Of a stretch of 64,000 nucleotides of DNA, positions 37,042 through 46,576 are shown in pieces. The notes below the pieces were generated by a model. That model was given only the letters and a program-made list of their open reading frames with translations, had not been told where the DNA came from and searched no databases. Every line of letters begins with the position of its first letter. Position 1 is the stretch's first letter. The stretch comes from Candidatus Micrarchaeota archaeon (GTDB taxonomy: Archaea > Micrarchaeota > Micrarchaeia > Anstonellales > Bilamarchaeaceae): positions 622 to 64,621 of the forward strand of contig JAKEGJ010000004.1 in NCBI GenBank assembly GCA_022627495.1. The letters run 5' to 3'. The position numbers and the translations under genes are program-made.

Positions 37042-38925
37042 ATGACTGTGTCTGACAGAAGAACCGGCAGGCGGGTTTCAGGGGCGATGTCGCGCGGGGA
37101 TTTCATCCGCACGGCGGGCGTGGGCGCAGCGGCTTTGGGCGCGGCGTCGATGGGCTTCAGCGGGCTCGGAAGGGCACAGCAAGCTGTCGTTCCAGGCACT
37201 TCATGCAGATTCACTCCCAACGCATTCGACTATGTCGTTCCGGATGGATTGACTCCCATAGGTGTGATGCCTTCGCCTTACCCGCCATACCCTATATTCA
37301 TCGAACACCCGAATTACAGTTACGTCGTACAGGAGGCCGGAGAAATATTCGAGTGCCCGGCGGTCTCGGATTGCATTCCACAGGGGCACGGTCTGATGTG
37401 GCCCCTCTCCCCCACCGGCCCCTTCGTCGGCAATAATCCATTGACGGACTATACTGTAGGATACCTGAACCCGGCGGACATGAAGGTCGCCGCATATTTC
37501 GGCTCGATGGATTATGGCGTTGCGTTCAACGCCTTTTTCCGGATACCTCCATCGCCTGCGAAATACCCAATCCCCACGCCGTCAGCACCCGGCGGCTTGA
37601 ACTGGGGCCAGGCGTTCGCGTTCCAAGGAGCGCAGGTAGGATTCTTCACAGCCGAATATCCGAACGACACGAATTTTAACTACAGCAATGGCAGATTCGA
37701 CTCGACCGGCTGGGTCGGCCCGCTCTCGGACGTTGCGCAGGTCAAGAGGCCTGTAGCCGTGGACCCATCCCTCGCATCGATAGAACCCTGGACCACTGCA
37801 GTGCAGTTCAATGTCACCTGTCCCTATACCGCAGCCAATACGACCTTGTCGAGAACCCCCAAGAACCTGAAGATGTTCGGATGGTTCATCAGCATGAGGG
37901 GTGCTGGCTACAACCTCAGCAACAGGCCCCTGGTCATCCATATCGGTGGAATAACCAACTACATAACACAGCCGACCTACAAGGGACCGCTCGCTTATGT
38001 GAGCGGACTCGCGCAACTTGGCTACGATGTGCTCTACCTCGACAAGCCCGGCCATGGATGGTCTGAAGGGAAGATGACTGAATTTTATCCAGGCATGCTG
38101 TTTGAAATTCTCAACCAGCTCCACCAGGGAGTATACGCGCTTGGCAGCGGGGAATCCGTCCCGTCAACCAAGACTCTGGTGGCCGGCCAACTGCAGTATG
38201 GCGTGAACAACGCGAAAAAGACCAACGTAATCCTTTCCGGCCATTCGTTGGGCGCATTCATCTGCCAAAGGTGCGCGGTGGCGAACATCGAACCGAGGTA
38301 CGCCGACCTCCCCTGGTACCAGTTGCCCTTCACAAGCGACAACCGGTACAAGATTGTCGGAGTCATCGACTTTGAAGGGCTTCCGGGGGGGATGAAGTTC
38401 ACTTCTCCCGGCCTGTTCCGGGCAGTCGTAGGTGGTGCCGCCTACGCAATGACAAAGGGAGCTGACGGAATGGCTATCATCGGCAGGATTGCTACGGCGC
38501 CAATATCATCGGAAATCGTGTCCTTCCTTCCGAATCCGAAAATGCCTCCGATGATGTTTGTGACGACCACCCAGAACTACCAGTCGCCTGCAAATGCTGT
38601 TCTCGCATACAACCTGCACAAGGGCCTGAAAAGAATCTACATGTACAGCGGCCTGCACGGTTCCGCGATGAAGCTGCCTCCCTACGGGTATGTATACAAC
38701 GTAATTCCCGAGGCGGACCGGTTCATCAAGGACTGCATCGCCAATATCGGAAATCCGGTCATCGACACCAGCCAGGCCGACCTTAAGACGCTGGTTTGCC
38801 AGGCCCTGGCCATACCTCCCGCCCAGCCAGACCCTTCTGACATGGAGAATGGACATGGCAGGAAGCACTGGAAGGACGCGATGAACGAAGCGGCCAAGAA
38901 CATGCAGGCCGATGCCCAGCAGTAG
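37042..38925 (+). CDS. Secreted alpha/beta hydrolase (lipase/esterase-like), possible Tat substrate
   Basis: The N-terminus MTVSDRRTGRRVSGAMSRGDFIRTAGVGAAALGAA has a twin-Arg-like motif and a hydrophobic region. The GHSLGAF nucleophile elbow is present. The mature protein is about 600 aa. Confidence 0.55.
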   Translation: MTVSDRRTGRRVSGAMSRGDFIRTAGVGAAALGAASMGFSGLGRAQQAVVPGTSCRFTPNAFDYVVPDGLTPIGVMPSPYPPYPIFIEHPNYSYVVQEAGEIFECPAVSDCIPQGHGLMWPLSPTGPFVGNNPLTDYTVGYLNPADMKVAAYFGSMDYGVAFNAFFRIPPSPAKYPIPTPSAPGGLNWGQAFAFQGAQVGFFTAEYPNDTNFNYSNGRFDSTGWVGPLSDVAQVKRPVAVDPSLASIEPWTTAVQFNVTCPYTAANTTLSRTPKNLKMFGWFISMRGAGYNLSNRPLVIHIGGITNYITQPTYKGPLAYVSGLAQLGYDVLYLDKPGHGWSEGKMTEFYPGMLFEILNQLHQGVYALGSGESVPSTKTLVAGQLQYGVNNAKKTNVILSGHSLGAFICQRCAVANIEPRYADLPWYQLPFTSDNRYKIVGVIDFEGLPGGMKFTSPGLFRAVVGGAAYAMTKGADGMAIIGRIATAPISSEIVSFLPNPKMPPMMFVTTTQNYQSPANAVLAYNLHKGLKRIYMYSGLHGSAMKLPPYGYVYNVIPEADRFIKDCIANIGNPVIDTSQADLKTLVCQALAIPPAQPDPSDMENGHGRKHWKDAMNEAAKNMQADAQQ

Positions 38926-38982
38926 GCTTCAATCTTTTTTCTTTATCTTTTCCTAATTTTTCCAATCCGCCATTCCCAGAAT

Positions 38983-39861
38983 TCAAAGCTTCTTCCCCGT
39001 CAGCATCGCATACGCCTGGAGGTATCTCTCGGTGGTTTTCTGCACCACTTCGGGCGGAAGGGGCGGGGGCGGCGGGCTCTTGTTCCATCCCGTTCCCTCA
39101 AGGTAGTTCCGCACATACTGCTTGTCAAGGCTTTCAAGGATGCCGACGTCGTATTTCTCTTCCAGCCAGTATCTTGATGAATCGGGCGTCAGCGCCTCGT
39201 CAATCAGGATGACCTTCCTGTCCTTATCCAGGCCGAACTCGAATTTGGTGTCGGCAAGCACGAGGCCACGCTTGCGGGCGTAAGCGTCGGCGAAGTCATA
39301 GAGCTCGATGCTTTTCTGGCGCACGGTCTCGAACGTCTCATCGCCGACAAGCTGCCTCGCCCGCTTCTCGTCTATGTTCTCATCGTGCCCCTTTTCGGCC
39401 TTCGTCGAGGGAGTGAATATCGGGTTCGGCAATTCGCTCCCGTCATGGAGGCCTGCCGGCAATTGGATGCCGCAGACCGAGCCCTTCTTCTGGTACTCCT
39501 TCCATGCGCTTCCCGTGATGTGCCCGCGCACCACGCATTCGAGCGGGAGCGGGGTGCATTTCTCCACCACCATGCTCCTTCCTTTCAGGTAACCGGGCAG
39601 ATTATTTACCTTCGGGAGTTCAAGCGTGACGAAATGGTTCCGGATTATCTTTTTCGTCTTTTCGAACCAGAACGCCGAGAGCCGGTTCAGCACCTCGCCT
39701 TTCCGCGGGATTCCTTCCCTGAAAACGACGTCGAACGCGCTCAGGCGGTCGGTCGCCACCATCAGGAGGCTTCCTTCGAGCACATAAGTGTCGCGCACCT
39801 TGCCTTTGCGGAGAAGCGGCAATTCAAGACTGGTGGAAGTGATGGTTTCCATGCCATGCAT
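38983..39861 (-). CDS. purC: Phosphoribosylaminoimidazole-succinocarboxamide synthase
   Basis: LLRKGKVRDTY...LLMVATDRLSAFDVV, typical of SAICAR synthetase. Trimmed to the ATG (MHGMET). Confidence 0.85.
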   Translation of the reverse strand: MHGMETITSTSLELPLLRKGKVRDTYVLEGSLLMVATDRLSAFDVVFREGIPRKGEVLNRLSAFWFEKTKKIIRNHFVTLELPKVNNLPGYLKGRSMVVEKCTPLPLECVVRGHITGSAWKEYQKKGSVCGIQLPAGLHDGSELPNPIFTPSTKAEKGHDENIDEKRARQLVGDETFETVRQKSIELYDFADAYARKRGLVLADTKFEFGLDKDRKVILIDEALTPDSSRYWLEEKYDVGILESLDKQYVRNYLEGTGWNKSPPPPPLPPEVVQKTTERYLQAYAMLTGKKL

Positions 39862-39886
39862 TTCCAGCTTATCATTAAAAATCTGA

Positions 39887-40816
39887 TTAAACGCCTTTCT
39901 TTTTGCCGCCTTCCCTTGCCCCGTCAATGATTTCAAGGAGCTCCTGCAATAAATCAAGGTTGAGCATGGGCTTCCCGAATTCTTCCGTATCGTCTGACAT
40001 CCTTGGGCATGCTGTGTTGATTAGGCATTCGAAGGTCATGAAGTTCTTCAGCGCCATCGGCTCGATCTCGTTCGCGGCAACGATCATAGCCTCGAACCCA
40101 CGTTTATCGAGCTCCTTCTTCGCCCACTGCGCGCCTGCCATGTTGAACTGGCCCGGCTTCGTGCTTAGAAGGATGGCAAACCGTTTGCACATGTACGCCC
40201 TCGTGATTGCCCCCTTCCTGCGCTTGCGGAGCGCTGCTATCTCCGTATCGAGCCTTTTCACAGTGCGTGCCGAAGGGTTGTACGCGAAAACCGGCTTTTC
40301 CGTTGCCAGTGCAAGGGGGTGGAACATCCCGTCGCCGACGAATACGATTGCATCCGCGTCCTTTTCCACGGATTTCACTGCGCCCCCGTCGCATCCGAGA
40401 ATCTGGCCCGGCACCTGCGCCCGCTCTCCCTTCCCAATCAGGACCCGCTTGCCATGGTTTTCGAGGAATTGCTTCATCCCCTCAAGCTGGTGGACGTGCT
40501 GGACTGTAGTGGCGAGCGCTATGGTTTTGCCGCCGCCCAAGTGAGGCAGCACCGCTGATAGGCCCTCCACGTCCATATCCAGCTTGTATTCGACATATTC
40601 GACAGGAATGGGCAAATCCCCCTTCATGAAGCGGTTATGCCCGAAATGGATGATTTTGTCCGCTTTGAGCCATCCCGCTTCGTCAAGCGCCAGGTCGCAC
40701 GCCCCGTAGCATGCGGACGCTGATAGGAACACCTCGTGCCCCTCCTTCTCGTATTGCCTTGCATACTGGGCGGCTTTCTGCTTGAGCCCTTCCGGGAACT
40801 GGAGAAGAATCCTCAT
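39887..40816 (-). CDS. dph2: 2-(3-amino-3-carboxypropyl)histidine synthase (diphthamide biosynthesis Dph2)
   Basis: MRILLQFPEGLK...CYGACD...three-domain layout of archaeal Dph2, about 310 aa. Confidence 0.75.
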   Translation of the reverse strand: MRILLQFPEGLKQKAAQYARQYEKEGHEVFLSASACYGACDLALDEAGWLKADKIIHFGHNRFMKGDLPIPVEYVEYKLDMDVEGLSAVLPHLGGGKTIALATTVQHVHQLEGMKQFLENHGKRVLIGKGERAQVPGQILGCDGGAVKSVEKDADAIVFVGDGMFHPLALATEKPVFAYNPSARTVKRLDTEIAALRKRRKGAITRAYMCKRFAILLSTKPGQFNMAGAQWAKKELDKRGFEAMIVAANEIEPMALKNFMTFECLINTACPRMSDDTEEFGKPMLNLDLLQELLEIIDGAREGGKKKGV

Positions 40817-40861
40817 CTGCTTACACTTCCAAACATACAATGACAATAACATTAATTAACA

Positions 40862-41854
40862 TTATCGCCGTGGCTCGTGTGCCGTGCCGTCATCCGTCCT
40901 GATTCCATCATCCGGCACGCTCTCCATCCTTGCGAAATACATGTCGGTGCTGCTTTCAATCATGTCCTCGGAATACCGGATAATCTTGAGGGATTTGTCC
41001 AGGACCGCCTTCAGCGCCAGCATCCTGGTCTTGTCGCTCTCCTTCTTGAGGCCGGATTCCGCCTTCTGCAGGTACGCCATATACTCGTTTTTCGCTTCGG
41101 TGAACTGCCCCCGGTCCAATTCGTTCGTGGACAGGGCCCGATACGCCGAAGCGTACACCTTCGCCGAGCGCTCAAGGAGTCCGGCGACCAGCGGGTACGG
41201 TCCCGCTTCCTTCGCATCCAGGCAGATGTCCAGAAGATGGTCGCCCACCTTCTCTATGCTCTTTGCGGCTATCGCCTTGAACACCGCCTCCCTGCTTGAA
41301 AAGCCCTCCACGCACATCGTCCTTAGGAGGAGGAGGTATAGCCTGTCCACATCATCCTCTTTCCTGGATATTTCTGTGAAGACATCTGCGCCCTTCTCGC
41401 TGTACGCTGCCGCAGACAGCTCGAACATGGAATTCGTCACATTGAACGCCCGCTTGATGATGCCGTCTATGTTGATGTCCTCGAATGAGAGCACCCTCAA
41501 GGTGAGCGCATCGCCCGTCTCGTCCGTGATTTCCACCCCGGCAAGCACGCGCCTTGCCTCTTCTGCGATTGTGCTCATCCCCTGGCCCCTGAGGACGATG
41601 GTCCCGGCCCCGCCGACGTATGCCGATACGATGTTCCTCATGGCGGCTTCGGCGGCGTTCTTGGAGACCTCGATAGTGCAGCTTTTCACCCCCTTCTTGG
41701 CCTGCTTGAGTGACAGCGTGAGCGTTCCGTCGCCGTTCTCATTCAGGTAAATCGCATCCCCCTTGTTCACGCTCCGCTTGGTTATCCATTCGTGCGGCAG
41801 CGATACGATGAACGTATTCCTTCCCGTAATCTGGATTTTCCTCGGTGCATCCAT
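40862..41854 (-). CDS. Transcriptional regulator with an N-terminal AbrB/SpoVT-like swapped-hairpin domain and C-terminal PhoU-like repeats (archaeal phosphate-uptake regulator family)
   Basis: The N-terminus reads KIQITGRNTFIVSLPHEWITKRSVNKGDAIYLNENGDGTLTLSL, an AbrB/MazE fold. Two helical PhoU-type repeats follow. The start is the ATG (MDAPRK), preceded by GAGGAG and a perfect palindrome at the predicted TSS. The track start lies inside the promoter. Confidence 0.6.
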   Translation of the reverse strand: MDAPRKIQITGRNTFIVSLPHEWITKRSVNKGDAIYLNENGDGTLTLSLKQAKKGVKSCTIEVSKNAAEAAMRNIVSAYVGGAGTIVLRGQGMSTIAEEARRVLAGVEITDETGDALTLRVLSFEDINIDGIIKRAFNVTNSMFELSAAAYSEKGADVFTEISRKEDDVDRLYLLLLRTMCVEGFSSREAVFKAIAAKSIEKVGDHLLDICLDAKEAGPYPLVAGLLERSAKVYASAYRALSTNELDRGQFTEAKNEYMAYLQKAESGLKKESDKTRMLALKAVLDKSLKIIRYSEDMIESSTDMYFARMESVPDDGIRTDDGTAHEPRR

Positions 41855-41865
41855 ACAATCTCCTC

Positions 41866-41922
41866 TTGGTATATACCAATAATACCTGAATATATACATT
41901 TTGGGAAAGATATATAAAGAAA
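41866..41922 (-). promoter_or_regulatory. Promoter and operator module, copy 1: TATA box TTTATATA plus the palindrome TTGGTATATACCAA
   Basis: On the minus strand the order is TTTCTTTATATATCTTTCCCAAAATG, then 25 nt, then TTGGTATATACCAA, then GAGGAG, then ATG. The palindrome sits where transcription would initiate. Confidence 0.55.
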
Positions 41923-42113
41923 CCCTTCCGCATGCTATCAGTGAGAAAATGGCAAGTCCGGCAGACTACAAACTTTTCAGGGAAATCGGGAGCGATTCCT
42001 TTTCCTCGGTAATCCAGGCACGGAACTACCGGATGAGGAAGTGCGCCCCGCTCGTAGAGCCGCCCCATAACTGAACGGGATGGCGCGGGTTTCCCAAATC
42101 GCATTATTTCCGT

Positions 42114-42170
42114 ATCTACTGTTTTGGTATATACCACAAATACTAAACAATATACTGTTTTGGAAAGGTA
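42114..42170 (-). promoter_or_regulatory. Promoter and operator module, copy 2 (a duplicate of 41866..41922)
   Basis: GTTCTTTATATACCTTTCCAAAACAG...GTGGTATATACCAAAACAG has the same TATA, TTTCC-AAAA and TGGTATATACCA core, about 250 bp upstream of copy 1. Confidence 0.45.
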
Positions 42171-42419
42171 TATAAAGAACTTGTGGGATTAGTTAGCAGA
42201 GCGAGTGAGACAAATGTCTCTAACGCTAACCACCGGATTTAGAGGAGAGGCCCCCACCCCTCCTCATTTTTTGAAAACTCCGGCGGGAGCGCTGTCTTCT
42301 TCGGGGTATCGGGTTTCCGGTTTCCGGTTTTGGGTTTAGGGCCGGGGCTCTGCTGCAGCTATTTGTCTTGAAAATCGATAAAATCAGGGAAAAGTGGAAA
42401 AAAGAAGAATTTTTTGGCT

Positions 42420-44828
42420 TCAGTCGTCGTTGAACATGCCCGAATCCTCGTCCTTTTCAGGCTTCATCAGTTTGGCGAGGCGGTGCAGCATGATTTTCTG
42501 CTCCGCGCTGGCAACGATTTTCCGGGTCCGCTCGACGGCGTCGGGATTGACCGACATGCTCGTAATGCCGAATTCCACGAGCCTTTCCGCGAACTCGGGG
42601 TAGACCGAAGGCGCCTGGCCGCAGAGCGAGCTTGTGACGCCGAACCTGTTGCAGGTCGTAATCACGCGCTTCAACGAGCGTAGCACGGCCTCGTTCCTCT
42701 CATCAAAGCCCTTGGCCATAGTGGCGTTGTCCCTGTCTATGCCCAGAGTGAGCTGGGTGAGGTCGTTCGTGCCTATGGATATGCCGTCTATGCCTTCCTT
42801 GCAGAACTGGTCTATCAGGATGACCGTGCTCGGCACCTCGACCATTATCCAGAGCTTGAAGTCCCTGGTCCGGAACAGCTGGACCTCGTCCATGATATCC
42901 TTGATTGCGCGGAGTTCGCCGATTCTCCTGATGAAAGGTATCATCAGGTGGAGGTTCCTGAGGTTGTATTCCTCCCTGACCTTCTTTATCGCGGCAAGCT
43001 CGAGCTTGAACAGTTCCGGCTCGCGGATATACCTGGCCGCCCCGCGGTATCCCATCATGGGGTTCTCCTCGTGCGGCTCGTACTTCTCCCCGCCTTCGAG
43101 GTTGCGGTATTCGTTGGTCTTGAAGTCTGACGCGCGGTAGACGACCGGCCTCGGGTAGAACGCCGCCGCGAACCTGCGCATGTCGTCCGCGAGCTTGTCC
43201 ACGTATTCCTGGCCGCGCCCCTCTTCGAGCATCTTCCTCGGGTGCTGGCCGATTCCGGCCATCATGAACTCCGCCCGCAGAAGCCCTATCCCGTCGCACT
43301 GCAGTGCGGCCACCTTCTCGGCCTGGTCCACATCTGCAAGGTTCACGTAAATCTTCGTGCCTGTTATCGGCGCGGCTGCCGCGACCACTGCCGCATTCAT
43401 CGCTCCTGGCTTTGCCGCAGCCTCGGGAGCTGAAACAAGGCCTTCATAGATGATGCCATGGCTGCCGTCCACCGAAACATCCATGCCGTCTTTCAGGACG
43501 GTCGTCGCATTGCCGGTGCCGACAACGCACGGGACGCCGAGCTCCCTGCTGACTATGGCCGCGTGGCTTGTCATGCCCCCCGTGTCCGTCACTATTGCCG
43601 ATGCCTTCTTCATGCCCGGCACGAAATCCGGCGTTGTCATCTCCGTGACCATCACGTCGCCGCGCTCCATGTTCTTGATTTCCTTCGAGTTGCGGATTAT
43701 CTTGACCTTGCCCATTCCCATTCCAGGCGATGCGCTCAGGCCCTTGACGATGATTTTCGCGCTTCCGACACCCTGCCCTGAAGCCGCCTTCGGCGCCTCC
43801 TTCTGCCCCTGCGATTTCGTATCAGCGTTCACAAGCTCGCCTCCGGTCCCCTTCTCCAATCCCTTCTTGTCCGTCAATGTAGTAATCGGCCTGGCCTGGA
43901 CGATGTACAGGTTGTCTTTCTCGAATCCGTATTCTATGTCCTGCGGATATCCGTAGTGCTCTTCGATTTTCCTGCAGATTTTGGCAAGGTCCTTGATTTC
44001 CATGTCAGACAGCTTCTGCCTGCCCTGGGCCTCGTCCTTTATTTCGACGCGCTTGTTCTTGCCCTCCATCTTGATGAGCATCCACGGCTGCTTGACCACG
44101 CTTTTATCGATGATTCCGAACTCCTTCTTGTCCACGCGGTACGTGTCCGGGGTGACCTGGCCGCTGACCACGACTTCGCCGAGGCCGTAAGCCGTCTCGA
44201 TTGAGAGGATGTCCGGGTCCTGGTATAACGGGTCCACGGTGAAAACGACGCCCGCCTTCTCGCTCTGGACCATCATCTGGACGACTGCGGCCAGCCCGAC
44301 CTTCATGTGCTCGAACTTGTTCTCGACACGGTAGAAAATGGCCCTCGGTTCGAAGAGCGACGCCCAGCATTCCTTGACCGACTTGACGACCTCTTCGGCT
44401 CCGTAGACGTTGAGGTAAGTGGACTGCTGGCCGGCGAAGCTCGCGGTGGGGAGGTCCTCGGCTGTCGCGCTGCTTCGGACAGCGACATACACCTGGCGGC
44501 CCACCATCTCGTTAAGCTGCTTGTATGAGTTGATGATGTCATTCTGGACGTCGACCGGCATAGTGCCCTTCACTATCATCTCCTTGATGTCCTCGGACGC
44601 CTTCATGAGGGCGTCATTGTCGTTGACGTCGAGCTTGCCAAGAATCCTGGTTATCGGTTCCCGGAGGTTGTTAGCTTCCAGATGCTTGTAATAGGAGCCT
44701 GCGGTCACGACGAACCCGTTCGGTATGGGGAAACCGTTCTGGAGCATCTCGCCCAGATTTGCGCCCTTTCCGCCCGCTTCAGCCAGATTCTTCTTGCTAA
44801 GCTCCTTGAACCACATCACGTTTTTCAT
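42420..44828 (-). CDS. ppsA: Phosphoenolpyruvate synthase (pyruvate, water dikinase)
   Basis: N-terminal FKELSKKNLAEAGGKGANLGEM, the phospho-His domain (GGMTSHAAIVSRELGVPCVVG) and a C-terminal PEP-utilising TIM barrel, about 802 aa. Trimmed to the ATG (MKNVMW) after a GGAGAGGG RBS. Confidence 0.9.
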   Translation of the reverse strand: MKNVMWFKELSKKNLAEAGGKGANLGEMLQNGFPIPNGFVVTAGSYYKHLEANNLREPITRILGKLDVNDNDALMKASEDIKEMIVKGTMPVDVQNDIINSYKQLNEMVGRQVYVAVRSSATAEDLPTASFAGQQSTYLNVYGAEEVVKSVKECWASLFEPRAIFYRVENKFEHMKVGLAAVVQMMVQSEKAGVVFTVDPLYQDPDILSIETAYGLGEVVVSGQVTPDTYRVDKKEFGIIDKSVVKQPWMLIKMEGKNKRVEIKDEAQGRQKLSDMEIKDLAKICRKIEEHYGYPQDIEYGFEKDNLYIVQARPITTLTDKKGLEKGTGGELVNADTKSQGQKEAPKAASGQGVGSAKIIVKGLSASPGMGMGKVKIIRNSKEIKNMERGDVMVTEMTTPDFVPGMKKASAIVTDTGGMTSHAAIVSRELGVPCVVGTGNATTVLKDGMDVSVDGSHGIIYEGLVSAPEAAAKPGAMNAAVVAAAAPITGTKIYVNLADVDQAEKVAALQCDGIGLLRAEFMMAGIGQHPRKMLEEGRGQEYVDKLADDMRRFAAAFYPRPVVYRASDFKTNEYRNLEGGEKYEPHEENPMMGYRGAARYIREPELFKLELAAIKKVREEYNLRNLHLMIPFIRRIGELRAIKDIMDEVQLFRTRDFKLWIMVEVPSTVILIDQFCKEGIDGISIGTNDLTQLTLGIDRDNATMAKGFDERNEAVLRSLKRVITTCNRFGVTSSLCGQAPSVYPEFAERLVEFGITSMSVNPDAVERTRKIVASAEQKIMLHRLAKLMKPEKDEDSGMFNDD

Positions 44829-44970
44829 TGAAAACCCTCTCCTGCATCTCCAAGTGGGGTTTTCTATCCCCATCTTGGGCCATTCTCATTACAACCCCTT
44901 TAGGCCTCTCCAATAAGACTGAGCATCAATCTCATATATCGTTTATAAAACTTTGGCGGGTGTTCTACGC

Positions 44971-45789
44971 ATGGCTGCCCCCATACCCATGGAAATGAAG
45001 CTGATTGGCGCGATGCCCTGCTGTTTCGGATTCTTCTTCCTCTTCGGCAGCGCCATGCTCCTCAACGACGCGCTCCAGCAGTACCTTCTGGGGCAGAAAA
45101 TCAGGAACACCCCGACATCCAAGGCGCGCGCTGCCGCCATAGGCCTTGTCGAGCTTGCAGGGAAGGCCAAATGCCTTGAAAAGCTGACTGCGCCGATAAC
45201 CAAGACGCCCTGCGCCTATTACGAGGTGTGCGCACAGTACTACTACCAGCACAAGAAATCCAGCGGCTGGCGCACGTTCTACCGCGACGAGTCGGGCAAA
45301 AGGTTCTTCCTCGAGGACGATTCTGGCAAGGTGCTGGTGGACCCGGGAAGCGCGAAGATGAACCTCTCGGCCGACTTCACATTCAAGGGCACGCTGAACG
45401 ATACGCAGTTCTTCGGGCTCCTGCCATCCAACCAGGTGGACAAGAAGGTTCTTGATTACCTGGAGGCCAACCCGAAGGCCAAGGAGGCCGCGAAGGGCAT
45501 GAGCGGGAAGCAATTGCGCTTCATGGAATACTATGTCGCGGAAGGCGACCCCCTCTTCGTTTTGGGGAGTGCAGAGCCCCTCGAAGGCGCGACGAGCGCC
45601 GTCGCCTCGGAGAACCTCGTCGTCCGCAAGAACTCCCGTGACAAAATCATGCTGATCAGCGAGAAGTCCGAGAAGGCCACGCTCGGCGTCCTCGGCCTGA
45701 AGTTCTACATCGAGATATTCTTCGGGCTGTTCATGGTGTTCATATCGATAATGGCTGTTGCTGTATCTATAGGCTTATTTCTGGTGTGA
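44971..45789 (+). CDS. GIDE-domain (PF12483-like) membrane protein, paralog 1
   Basis: N- and C-terminal TM segments. The block AIGLVELAGKAKCLEKLTAPITKTPCAYYEV...FFLEDDSGKVLVDPGSAKM matches the bacterial GIDE pattern (GxVxAxxPLxSPxSgxxCVYY...FxLxDxTGxVxV). Leaderless ATG about 25 nt downstream of TTTATAAAA. Confidence 0.4.
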   Translation: MAAPIPMEMKLIGAMPCCFGFFFLFGSAMLLNDALQQYLLGQKIRNTPTSKARAAAIGLVELAGKAKCLEKLTAPITKTPCAYYEVCAQYYYQHKKSSGWRTFYRDESGKRFFLEDDSGKVLVDPGSAKMNLSADFTFKGTLNDTQFFGLLPSNQVDKKVLDYLEANPKAKEAAKGMSGKQLRFMEYYVAEGDPLFVLGSAEPLEGATSAVASENLVVRKNSRDKIMLISEKSEKATLGVLGLKFYIEIFFGLFMVFISIMAVAVSIGLFLV

Positions 45790-46571
45790 TTATGGCTGAT
45801 GGCGACAATCCATGCTGCGGCGGACTTATAGCGTTCCTGATAGGCATAACCCTGATTTACGGCGGGACCCAGCGTTTCCTGCTTGCGCAGAAAATCAAGA
45901 ACACGCCAACGTCAAAAGTCCGCTCGGCGGCAGTTGGCCTCGTCGAGCTTTTCGGCAAGGCAAAATGCAAGGATGCCATCGACAGCCCGATATCCAAGGT
46001 GCGCTCAGCCTACTGGCGCGTCAAGGGCGAATACTACAAGCCCGGAAAGCACGGAGGCTGGCGCGACATATACAATGCCTCCTCATCCACACCGTTCTAT
46101 CTTGAAGACGACACTGGCAAGATGCTGGTTGAGCCTAAAGAGGCGGAAATAGACATCCCCCAGGATTTCTTCAACAACGGCCACCTGTCCGAAGGCGGCG
46201 TGTTCGGGCTCTTCAAGAGCAAGGTGCTCGACAAGAAGGTCCTGGACTTCCTCGCCGCGACGCCCGCGGCCAATTCTGCGTTCAAGGCGCATTCGGGCTT
46301 CGATTTGCGCGTCACCGAGTGGTTCATAGCGGAAAACGACCCGCTCTACGTCATGGGGACTGCCGAGCCGGTGAAGGGCGCCGTAAGCGCGATTGCCCAT
46401 GAGAACCTAATTGTGAAAAAGGGCAAGGGCGTCGACATCCTATATATCTCGGACTCCGGGGAGAAGAAGGTCGTTGACAAGGTCTCGGGCTCCATCTGGT
46501 GGATGCTCGGCCCGGGTTTCATCCTCTCAGCGATAGGTTTATTTGTGCTATTATCATCGTTTATCCAGTGA
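45786..46571 (+). CDS. GIDE-domain membrane protein, paralog 2
   Basis: About 45% identical to paralog 1 (AVGLVELFGKAKC...FYLEDDTGKMLVEP). Its start overlaps the upstream stop. Confidence 0.4.
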   Translation: MIMADGDNPCCGGLIAFLIGITLIYGGTQRFLLAQKIKNTPTSKVRSAAVGLVELFGKAKCKDAIDSPISKVRSAYWRVKGEYYKPGKHGGWRDIYNASSSTPFYLEDDTGKMLVEPKEAEIDIPQDFFNNGHLSEGGVFGLFKSKVLDKKVLDFLAATPAANSAFKAHSGFDLRVTEWFIAENDPLYVMGTAEPVKGAVSAIAHENLIVKKGKGVDILYISDSGEKKVVDKVSGSIWWMLGPGFILSAIGLFVLLSSFIQ

Positions 46572-46576
46572 TTTTA

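Noticed and set aside
41739-42137. 132-aa ORF on the minus strand between the two promoter copies.
   Set aside because: It reads straight through the proximal TATA/operator module and has odd composition. The region is more plausibly a leader or sRNA than a protein-coding gene.
26938-42335. Short GGTTTCC-type repeats considered as a possible CRISPR array or MITE.
   Set aside because: There are no regularly spaced identical repeats with unique spacers. Occurrences are single or double and confined to operon spacers. No cas genes are present in the window.
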